A program made the position numbers and the translations under genes. Of a stretch of DNA of 64,000 nucleotides, positions 1 to 12,182 are shown one piece after another. The notes under the pieces are model-generated. The model did not search any database. It worked only from the letters and a program-made list of their open reading frames with translations, and was not told the DNA's origin. How positions within the stretch are numbered: the first letter of the stretch is position 1; each line of letters opens with the position of its first letter. This stretch comes from Glycera tridactyla. Its lineage: Eukaryota. The stretch spans positions 62,186,001 through 62,250,000 of the forward strand of contig OZ286461.1 of NCBI GenBank assembly GCA_965644265.1, written 5' to 3'.

Positions 1-19
1 ACTAACTTTTTTAAGGGTT

Positions 20-190
20 TCTGTCCCTGTCAGTATAAAACACTCTTATGACTAGTATATGTGTGAATAACTTTCAATTATTGGAGAGAAGAGTGTAATC
101 CGAAATAAATTGACGAAATTAATATGATCTATCGTCTTGAAGATTTTTTGTTCCTGTCAGTATGAAAGATTCTTATGACTAGTATATCAT
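20..190 (+). repeat. Diverged direct repeat pair (~126-bp spacing)
   Basis: cctgtcagtat..aa..a.tcttatgactagtatat at ~27-60 and ~153-186. Confidence 0.7.
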
Positions 191-429
191 GCAGGGTGAA
201 AAGAGATAGCTGCCCACCTGCGTGGGGAAGGTGAACCTTTCTGGTTGGCAAGTAGAAATTTGTTATATATGACTTGCATACTGTATAAGCAGGGCAGGTT
301 GATTTTCCTGGTGTGCAGGTTAATTTTTCTGATGTCTTCTCGCCCCAATATGAGAAAGTAATTTTCGATTATTAGAGAGAAGAATTTAAGTTGAGATAAA
401 TTGACGTTGGTTGCATTTTGTGTTGACAG

Positions 430-627
430 AAGGGCTTCACTCCTCTTCACATTGCTGCTAAATATGGGAACATCAAGGTGGCTCGGCTGCTGCTGCAGAA
501 GCAGGCCGACCCCAACATCCAGGGCAAGAATGGTCTCACTCCTCTGCATGTTGCTACTCACTACAACCACGTCAACGTTGCTCTGCTACTCCTTGAAAAT
601 GGCGCATCACCACACTGCACTGCCAAG
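430..627 (+). CDS. Ank: Ankyrin exon, two ANK repeats (about repeats 17-18 of 24)
   Basis: ttgacag|AAG...AAG|gttggt; 198 nt, phase 0-0; [66 protein letters not shown]. Confidence 0.97.
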
Positions 628-3600
628 GTTGGTACCTTCACACCTACTACAGTGAAACCTGTGATGAGAGACCGCCCTAATTGTCACCAAAATGCAGTCT
701 CTCAAAGGGATGATGTGTCAGTCAAGTATATTTGACTGTGTCAAATTTGAAAGGTTCTCTAAAAAGTGGTCTTTCATCAGAGGTGGTCTCTCATCAAGGG
801 TTCTCCTGTCACAATCTTACTATGACAAAGATGCTGATAGAAATGATTCTGGAGCAAGGCTCTATGTTGCTACCTGTGGGTAGCCAATGGCTACCAAGTT
901 CATCCTCTGGCTACCAAATTTCTGAAGTTAGTAGGCAATGGCCCTGAAAATTTTGAGAGGTTGTAATTGATGATGTATTGGCTGGCTGCCAGCTTTTGGC
1001 AATGGCTACTACCAAAAATATCAATCGAGGGGTCCTATGGCTCCGAAATAATTTGACCAATGCAGAGTCCTGTGCAGTAATGATTACTTTCTTGACCCAC
1101 AAAAATTTGGTTCTTTTTCCTGTCTTTACATTGTCATCGGTGCTATGTTTGTGCATCAAAGATCAAGCAATGATAGATCAAGCTCAATGCTAACTAAATC
1201 TAATAAAATGTTCTAGAAATTCATAGCAAATCTCATGAGGTATGTTATTTGTTTTCTGCTGCAAAGATATTTTGCAAAAAGTGTTCTGGTGTGCCTGTTG
1301 GTCAGTTTGCTGTATTCTGTAATATTCGCGTATTTCTCCTGAAGTTTAGTATTTCTATTAACTCCATTTTAAAACACGTCTTCCATGGTGTACATGGGAA
1401 CATTATTCTCTGGATGTTATTGTTGAAGCAGAATGAGAATTAGAATGGTTAGAGAGGATAATGTAATCTGAAATGAAATTAACTTGTCTTTATTGCAACT
1501 TTCAGAATGGTTACACACCGTTGCACATCGCTGCTAAGAAGAATCAGATGGATATTGCCACTACACTCCTCGAATATGGCGCAAAACCAAACGCCGAATC
1601 CAAGAACGGTTTCACACCACTGCACCTTGCCGCACAGGAGGGCCACACTGACATGGTCTCTCTACTTCTTGAACGAGGCGCAGAAGTCAACTGCAAAGCT
1701 AAGGTGGGTTGATTGATTGATTGGTTGATTGATTGATTGATCTCTCATTTCTCATGACAGTACCAGAAGCGATATGGGCAGTCATCAAAATCTTAGATGA
1801 TTCAAAGAATAATGTGTGAATGCTACCTGGAGAAATCTTCCATTCTTTGAAATTACTGAGCATGTCCAGTTTTAATAATATTTTAGATAGACTATTGAGT
1901 TCAATAGAATGTGGCATAAGTAGCCATCTTAAGTTTGGAAAACTCAAATTGAAATGCATATTTTATCATGCCTCTATACTATACTTGTGTACTGGAACTG
2001 TATAAGATTCCATTCTGTAGAGTGTCTCTTCTTAGTATGTGCGATGAATTCATCAGCAGTTTTTGCGCTCCTTCAAAAACATTATTTCTTCTGTCTGAAA
2101 GATGATATCTTGTCTGCATTTCTTTCATGAAATTCACAACAATGCAAATATTTCCGCTCCTGATACTATGAATGTTATTTTGATGTTGACAGAATGGTCT
2201 TACGCCAATGCATCTAGCCGCGCAGGAAGACAAGGTGCCAGTGGCTGAGATACTCGTCAAATATGGCGCGCAAATCGACCCGCAGACTAAGGCAGGATAC
2301 AGTCCTCTCCATACAGCCTGCCATTTCGGACAGATCAACATGATTCGATTTCTCCTCGAACACGGTGCATCTGTCGACTGCACCACCAAGGTGAGTTTCT
2401 GTTTCAGTTTCAGTTTCACTCTTTGATTTGAATCAATTTGATCAGTGGGCAGTGTCCAATGAGCTCTGATTGGCCCGATGTGATCCACTCAAGATTTGCT
2501 TTCAAACTGAACTCAAATCGTGTGGCTGTTCAGGATTTTTTCGTACATGCCAAAATGAAATTTATGTCATGAAATTTTATCTCTACCTCCCCATCTCTGA
2601 TTGTATATCTAGTCTTAATTATATAATTGTTTTGCAGGGCTCTATGTTGCTACCTGTGGGTGTCCGATGGCTTCAGAATTTACCCTATGGCACCCTGTTT
2701 CGAAAATTAGAAGCAAATAACTCCCGAAATTTTGCAAGGTTGCATTAACTGGCTACTGACATATGGCGATTGCTTCCCAGAGCATGATCTTGGGATAGCT
2801 TCGAAATGTTTTGGTTAACATAGAGCCCTGTTATTTGAAAGTTTTGTATGGTTTCTATATATATTTTTTGATATGTTTGCAGCTTGGATACACTCCTCTT
2901 CACCAAGCGGCCCAGCAGGGTCATGTACTTGTCATCAATCTTCTCATCAAATACAAGGCTGATCCTAACCATCTCACCACAGTAAGTCTCACTATATACA
3001 GTCGAACCTGCTCTAAAGTCCACCTAGCTATAAAGACCACCTGCTCTCGAAGGCCACACTAAGCTGCAACCATGATAATATTTTCAACAGTAAATGACCT
3101 CTATAAAGGCCATCTTCCCACGAAGGCCACTTCTTGATGTGACTGACAGTGGCCTTTATAAGACAGGCGCAACTGTAGTTGAGTATATCAAAGGGAAATT
3201 CCTGAATAAAGAAGTGAATTGGACAGAAAACCAATGAGATCAATCTGAGCTAGATGAAACAATTTCTCATTTCTCAGAAAAAAATTGCTGGATGAATCAT
3301 ACTGTAGTGCGCACACTGAAAGAAAACGTAAGATCAAGGTTTCTAAAAGTGAAAAGATAACATCATGAGTGACAGTTCTCTGGTATCACACTTGAAAGAA
3401 CTTGAAAGAATGAGATTCAGGCATCTGTCCGACCTTGGATCAGAGCCATTGTCCCAAATATTCATAGACAAATGGAATATTGGTGAATTTGATGAGAGAT
3501 TCTCCATATTTCACTCGACGACAATATCAACAGTTGTTATAGAATAAACAATAGTCAGTAAATGGGCTGGAAGAATAATATTTATTACAATACTGTAGTT

Positions 3601-6600
3601 TTGATTGAAGTTAGTTGCACTATTCTGTTTTTGGAATGATATCGTGGATGGATGGCTGTTGTATGGATTTTACAATTGCGCCTGTTGTATTTGCAGACCG
3701 GTCAGACTCCACTGTCAATTGCTCAGCGACTTGGCTACATCTCGGTCGTTGAGGTCCTCAAGAACATCACAGAGGTCCAGACTACAGCAACTGATGAGAA
3801 ATACAAGGTCGTTGCTCCTGAGACCATGCAGGACACTCTCATGACAGATTCAGAAGATGAAGGCGGTAAGTTCAAACTTTACTCGAAATGCAAATTATCC
3901 TGTCATCAGTTTTCATTTTGTTATTCCTCTCTTAATTTAGATTTTCTGTTTATCCCTTGGAAATATCCCTGTTCGTATGCAGCACCCAGTATAGAGTTGA
4001 TTGGTTCAACAGTTTCTTTAGTTCGTTTCAAAATGGTTGTAGCTCCTTCAACTACCATTTATTTATTGCTGTGGATATTTGTAGATAGAATCCCGAGAGT
4101 TTCATTTTGTGATTGAGAATTTGTAACTTTCCCAATAGTTTGTGTCCCTTGTCACTTTTGAAGTTACTCAAGCCCTGGTCTCTGTCAATTACTTTTATTT
4201 TGATTGTAAAACCGTCAAGATGAATCTATCCTGCTATTTTGACCCAAGGAAATGCTTTGTTGGATCACAGATGATCTAATATTTGGCAATATGAAACACC
4301 AAATCAGGTGTCTTCTTTATTATATTTGGCAATTGAGCCTTTCATCTCTAAGAGGGATGGAAAAGTCAAATTTTTCTGGGGTATGAACTGATACCCGTAA
4401 GGGTTTCCCATCTGTTGAATGTGATCTTAACCAATGTATACTGGTTAAAACAGGTTTATCACACTCATTTGGCGCCAGTAAGTATGGGGTTGACATGGAA
4501 ACACACATCCTCTACTAATATGTACATACCTCCATCTGTAGTCCGTACATATGTGTATATATATATATCACTTGGGCCGCTGAACCACCCCATCTTTGAT
4601 CCTGCTTTCTCCATGGTTTCACAGTAGTAGTAATTGGTGAGAATATGGCATTGGAAATCTGCTCCTCTCACTCTCTCTTGCATCTTCCTCTGTGATTGGT
4701 GATAGTCACTGCGGAAACTATGCAATTTCTGGTGAGTTTATTGGATTGAATGGAGCAGAAAAGGGGTTCTCAGATTACTAGTCAAAAAGCTGGCTTTCCA
4801 CATGGGATTGTGATTTTGGCGTGTCTGTGTTTTCTTGTGTGTGTGTGTGTGTGATGACTACAGCAACTACCTCACAGCACCAGCGGGGTATTGATGCCCC
4901 CTTGTCACATTGGAGAGGTGCTCGTGCAAGAATACCTACTAGTTGTGATCTCAGCAATTATACCTCCCCTGTGGGAGATGAAATCAGGTATTGCACCTGC
5001 TGAGAGCACAACCAGAGTGCCTTCTTGCATTTATGCCACATATATCATGAACAACATGTCAGAAATATTTGTTGAGGCAGGTAGAATTGAATCATAATCT
5101 CATGTAATGTACCTGGAATCATTGTTTGGCACAAACTGGGCCTCGCGGTATAGTTAGGTCTGCAGCACTGGAAGCTAAAGTAATCATTTGGCACAAAGGG
5201 AGCCTCAATCATGCAGGTAATAGCTGCCTTCTCAATCAACTGGATTAGAATGGATCTCATCGAATCTCCCCTTCTTTGATATCAGTCAAGGTTGGTATTG
5301 CAGAACCACCTGCAGCTGAAAATGGCTCCCATCACAAAGTTCATGCACATGTATCACATAGAAATGTGACAAACCAGTTCACCATTCAGTCTAATCTCTA
5401 TGAATTGTTATTAGGAACATAGAGAATTCATGGGATGCATGGATCTATATGTTGTTCTTATATGTGTGGCATAATCTCTGATTCATCAAAATGCTCGCAC
5501 TTGATCTCTGCACAGGCAAGAGATGTGTGAACTTGTGGCACCATAATAACATACCCACTTCTTACTCCTCATAGTCGCATTTAAGTGGAAGGACATCTAT
5601 TATATAGGGTGGACAGCCAGGATTCAGCATTACTCACTTGTCATGGAATACAGGGAGAATATCTCACATGGTGGTAGGCTCAGAGAATCACGGAAGTCAT
5701 GACTTTTAGCCAAATAAATCACCAGGCCACTCTTGTTTTGCTTTGAAGGATGATATTCACCCTGTATCCCATGGGCATGAATTCTAGCTATGACATCATG
5801 GGGTATATGGCAGCATATCGGATTTGTAGGATGTATTTTATATTCCCCCCCCCCCCCATGTATCTATCACATATTTGAACATGTCACATAATGTATCACT
5901 AGCTTTACAAGGCATATGGACTTTGATCCAGATTAATTTAAGATCATGCCCTATCAGGTTGCTATGGCAACACAGGAACATCAGATATTTCTTGTACATA
6001 AGTCATGATGCCTCCATGTTCATCTCCATCTTGCTGCAAAACTTTCGTATTCATTCATGTGGAATGTAAAGACAATCGGAAATGAATTTGGACTATTGAT
6101 TGTTTTTGAGCCTTGGTGTTCATTCAGTATTATTTTTTATGTTCTCTCATACATTTTAATAGAACAAGTGATGAAAGCACGTCTAGTGCAAAATATACAT
6201 AGATACCGCATGAAAAATGAGAAAAAAACTCTTGTGGAATATCAAGTTGAGATTCTAGTTAATCTTTCATCACCTTTCAGTGTGCTTTTGAGTGATGTGG
6301 CCTGCTAGGCATAATTGAAAACCTCACCCAATGACTTGATTGGTAATCATTCAAATGAAAGTGGGCAGCATGATGACTGGGGAGTAAATATGAAGATGGA
6401 GGAAGTAGCGCTCTAACTGCCCATGTATATCAATATCGTATCCCTCCCAGGATTATGGCTTCATATCCCCTGACTTGCTGTACCCTACTCCTCACGTCTT
6501 GAACCCATTCTGCTGAAAGATAGATGCAATCCGAATTACTATTAATGGGTATATCCAGTTGCTATGTCATTGTGAACAGACCATAGCAACCAAAGGCAGT

Positions 6601-9600
6601 TGCTCCTACATGGGAATGAGTGACCAATATAGTTTCATGAGTTGGTTGCCAGTCTTTCACTGGTATCAACAGATGTGCTTCTTGACGTGAATGTGGCGTT
6701 TTTCATGTGAGAAATTTTGTTTGTGAGCTATGGATTGATCGATACCAGCATGGGGAGAGTGTGTGAAAACTGTAACTAACACCATTCTTCATTGTTCATG
6801 ATTGTAATTGTTGTATTTGAGGTCCGTATTGAATAGTTTCACTGTGGAATATCTAGCAAGCATTGTCATTGATGCATTTGTATATATGTGTCTATTGAAT
6901 AGACAGTACGCGTAATTCTTCCTTCATCAGAACAGGTATAGTAAATAATTAACATGGGTAGTGTGTTTAAGGGTTAAGAAGGGTTAGTTATTGACATCGA
7001 GTTAGGTTAACTCTCGCTGTCCATATCTGTTATTTGTCTGCTTCAGTCCCCTTCTATCCACCGATCAGTGTGTCTCAGTATCGAATTGTATTCAGCTCAC
7101 ACAAATCGATCACAAATGGATGCTCCGACTGTTGGTCAGTGGATAGAAATGGAAATTAGCAGACAGTCAACAGAAATGGGCACTGAAGCAGAGAGTTAAA
7201 TTCAGGCCAGTGCCATGAGATTATGAATCTGGCATATCCTGCTTACCCAAAGTTTTATTTATGAAATTTCGTGTTTTCTTGTTCCTTTGTTTGACTGAGA
7301 ACTTCTGATTCACAAACTGACTATCATTTGGAGAGTTTGCACCATAATATGCGAGACATTGACAGTGTACAGAAGTGACTTAATGATTCCTCCATATTTG
7401 ATTACAAACTTGAATAGAACACAAACAAACATTGATTCTGGATTATCGGTCATTTTGGCAGAGTGAAAGTGTTTTCTAGTCACCGTTACATACTGTATAA
7501 GCAAAGATAGGATCGAAAAGTGGTTGGGGAAATACGCATGTACTTCATGTGTGAATGCTTATGCCGCTGTAATGTTGTGATCAAAGTGGAGTGAGCACAT
7601 GAAGTCGGAAAAGGACACACACAATCATATATGATGTGCCCAAAAAGTACATGCACTTCAGCATTCTTTAATGAGATATGGGCACATACAAATCTGAAAT
7701 GGCACATGGAAACTGTACTGATGTATCCAAAAGACCCATACATATTTCTAAGTCAGAAAGTCCCCGCATTGTCCATCTCTATGTTTCTCAATTTACTGCA
7801 CATTTTGGAATGAGAAAAAAGCAAGATGCTTGGATTTGTCAACTTCTGTGCCAGTGGGTTGGCATGATGAGTTTGTTTGCTCAAACCGATGATGTGAACT
7901 TATCTCTTGAGATGGTGATGCTGATATCCAATGCTGATACAGTTGAACCTGCAATGAGAGACCTCCGATGGGAGACCACTGTTGCAGGGCAACTTTCCGA
8001 CATAGTGAAATATACCCCTAACACGAGACCACCTCTTTTTAGAGACAACATTTTGTTGAGTTTTTGGTTGTCTCTCGTCGCAGGTTTCACTGAATCTGCT
8101 CATAAGACTGTGACCAATATTGATGAGGTTGAATCACTTTTGTACACTATTACTGTCAGCATTTCTATCCAGACTTACTCAGAGATGAATATGATGTCTT
8201 CTCTACTCATTGGTTACGGGTTCTCACTAATCAGATTGTTCACAAGTCGATATATTTCCGTATTCATAATCAGATATGATAGATAACCAAGTTACGAAGG
8301 TATTGGGACATCTCGGTATGAGACAAGTCACTCTGTGATATATTACAATATTGATCCCGGGATCTATTGATTACATACAAGCCTTGAGTTTGCAGTTATT
8401 TTTGATACACCTGTGATATGAAATCACCAATATCTGAATTTAATAATCATGTAACCACTGTCTTGATTGAGGATTAATTCTTATCCACTTGTTACTTATA
8501 CTTGCATTTATAACTCAGTTGAGTTTCGAGTTGATTCTGAATTTGATTTGAGTCTTCCCCAATTATTGTTTTTTTCCAGCAAACCAGCCACATTGTCAAA
8601 ATAATGAGTTATTACCCAATCTCTTGTCAAGTGATTTCTGATGGAGTTATGTATGCCTTCATTCATTTGTGATTCAATACCTGTGCTGAGCAACTTTGGA
8701 CATCCCCTGGCTAGGGGGAATGAGGCTTGGAAAGAAATTTAGTGGGACATTGCCATCATCAAGATTATATAAAAGAATTTGAGCCTATGTTTATTCCTAC
8801 TTATGTTCCTTGTAATAATGAAGTGTTTGTTAGAGCAGTTATCATTTTCATGAATAAACAGAATTTGACCCAATTTTTTCCACATATCTCACATGATTAC
8901 GGATAGGAATTTCCCTCTTAATAACTAATCAAAACATTTTGAACTTTCACCAAATTTGACTCTTGACTCTCAATATAGAATAGAGACTGATGTTGGGTTA
9001 TATATTCCAGTATGTTTTGATGCAGTGTTATTTTTGTAAGATGTGGTATTTAGTTCTACCTTGGGTATTTTTCTACCAGCTGAGGATTTGGTTCCCGCCT
9101 CACCAGCGTTTCTACGGGCAACACCAGACCAGAACATTTACATGCCCTACCGCGAAGCAAGGAAAGATGCACAACAGGAACCGGGTAAACATCCCCGCTG
9201 TCTGTGTCATCGCATGTGTTGCTGTGACAACTAATGTTCCCATGTGACCTCCCAGACCCGTATGACCCCACACACACCAACCCCAAACACCCTTGTATTT
9301 CAGCTGACAAACCCAACGATTTAAGTCAGAGCATATTTTAAGCTTTCCGGATGAATTCTTGCCTATATGTTGATTCATATCTTGGCTCAGGGATGAGGGT
9401 AGATGAGAATATCTTTGTTGAGCTGTGAAATACTGTACTTCCTCTTGCCATTTCACATAATTAGACATACCCCCTGAATTTGCGTCAAATTTTCTGTCTT
9501 ATATTAAATGAATCACTGCATTTTAAAAAGTAAAATGGATCAGGATAGGTCAGCCAAGATCTTAATATCTTGTTTTGGATATGGTATATATTGTCACTAG

Positions 9601-12144
9601 TCCTTGTGTATATCACAGAATGCTTTGCAATTCAGATCCAGCAGTTGGAATAGTATGAGATCACGGAGGTAGCCTGATATTGAAAGTTCAACTGCTTACA
9701 AGAATGGATATTCAAAATTGAATGATATCACAGTGGTCATGTCATGAAGAGTCTCATAAATGACCTGCCCAAATTCATAGATTTGTTTAGCGGAAATTGC
9801 AGTGAAAGATATTCTCACCTTGATCAAGCTGTATCTTCCTTCTCATCTTAAGATCAGGTTTGTGTCCAGTCATTCCATTCTGGGAAAATCAACATCCCAT
9901 GGTGATTGGGTTTGAAACAATTCAATTGATTTCATGTATCACAAAAAGTCTGGGACAGATCCCTCATAGTTCTATATTACATCTTGAGGTGTCTTGAACT
10001 CTGGACCAGCCCTGATGGCGCCCCTTCTCTCTTCTGACCACATGATGATTAAGTGGGAAATTGCTGAGTAATATGTTGAATTAATCATAACGAATTTGAT
10101 CAAGAGGAGGTGGAGGGAGGTCTTTGTCTATGCTATCACCACCTATAAGGCTTTTCGTGTGAATGCGCAGCCATCGGCAAAAAATCCCCTCTGATCATTG
10201 CCACTGGAATGCTGCCTCGTCGCTTTACCAAGCAGAGTGACCGATATGATTCAATAGACTAGGTCAGGGCTCCTTGCTAAAGACTGCCCTGCTCACACAA
10301 GCAAGCAGATTTGTTGTTAGGGCAGGTGATTTTATCTGACTGCCTGTCCGATGGGCAAGTACCTGTCCATGATTATATGCAAGAGGGCAGGTGAAAATGA
10401 CATGGGGCAGGTCGAAACCCCACTATGACTAAATACAGGAGGGCAGGTGAAAATGACAGGGTGGCAGATTGAAATCCCACTCTACCTGCACGAATGGACA
10501 TCCGAAAAAAAAAGTTGATATAGAGTCTTGTAGGTGCCTCCTTATGTGCTCCCTTCCAATAGTCTTCATTCATCTCCATTCAGCCTTCTAAACTTCAGGT
10601 TTGAACAAATGTCCTTTATCTCATGAATTGAGAGATAGACCATTGACAAAGAGTTGTTTTCGAGCATGCATGGTCAGTGAATGTATCTCCTTATGCATGC
10701 AGTGTGCAGTTCTGTGGAGGCTGAAGTCGGAATGAGTATGACATGCTGCCTCAATTCATCTCAAAGCTCTTGCTTTTGTGTCAAAGATGAGGCTTTTGCA
10801 GGTGTGGGACTTCATAGGTATCTCACCTATCTTCACCTACCTTCCAAATTCAACCAACCATTAGACCGATTTGTCATCTACTAGTACATGAAGAAGAGGT
10901 TTTGCATAGCTCTATCTCCACTTAACATTTCTGATGCCCCATCATCTCGTGTTTAGGGTTTGTGAGAGTGACATCTGCAGGAGTATTCAATTCCCATTGC
11001 TGATAAATCAAGAGTCCTGCCTTTATGCGTTATTAAGTACCTGATCATTCTTTCAACATCAAATTTCCAGCCAGAATTAAGATTGGATCCCCTAAATAAT
11101 TTTCACTAAGTTTTCACTAAGTTCCACCAATTTGAGGTACACCAATGCAGTTGTCATGGATGGATATATTGGTTATTGTCATTTTCTCCCTCTTTGTTTG
11201 CCATTGTTATCGTTCACCAAAATATTATTATCATTTTTAATATAACAACTACATTGAGGAGCCCTTCATTTGCAAATGACTCAAGGCTGAAGGTTATTTT
11301 TTTCATCACCTTTCTCCAAGTTCATTGCATCTGATGACATCTTACATACATTACCCCAGGGTGGATACATGCCGTTAAACCTGAAACCAAAAAACCAACT
11401 CCTTTTTGTGTGATGTACATAGTTCTTGTCCCCATCTGCTGTGTGATTGACTCTATCTCTTTGATTATCTTTGAAGTGACTAACATGACAATTTGATCCA
11501 GATTTTACTCATCAACCCATCTGACAACACCACTAAATAATCTCCCCATTTTTTTTTAGAGAGATTCTCATATTGTTACTGTGCCACATTTGGTCTTATT
11601 TTTGAATGGGACAAATGCTCACACATTGCATGATGACTGAATACTCAGGAGGAAGAGTTTGCCAGAGTGCAGGATCTGTAGCCGACCTAGATTTCAGAGG
11701 GATTGCATGGGTTGAGAAGAGTTCGGTAGTTATCCAACTAAACCAACAGACTTGTGTATCAGACATTGCTTGTGCATGTGCATATTCTTGTGCGATGTTG
11801 CAGAGTGCCCATGCATCTGATGCAATTATTACACCTTCTGGGACAGAAGTTCAATGATTCCGATGGCGTCTTCATGGATTGGCTTCTTGAAGTTTTGCAT
11901 CCCTGATGCAAGATTTGTTATCTTCCCATAACAGGGATAGAAAGTTGATTATATGATACCATGTTGATATTCATCTTAGAAATCTGACATAGCGAGTTTG
12001 CATCATTTGATGATGGTGTGTGCCACTAGAGTGTGACCCTGAACTTGTGTGTCAAAAAAGTTTGGTTTTTACAGTAAAACTCGATCTACAGATGACCATT
12101 TTTACCTCGTCTCAACGAAGTTGAGGGGAGGTATTGCGGTCACT

Positions 12145-12182
<38 letters not shown>

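Noticed and set aside
7678-8286. 202-aa + strand ORF in the long linker intron
   Set aside because: No recognisable domain, runs straight through a MITE (7940-8092), and I found no phase-compatible splice sites; most likely a chance ORF.
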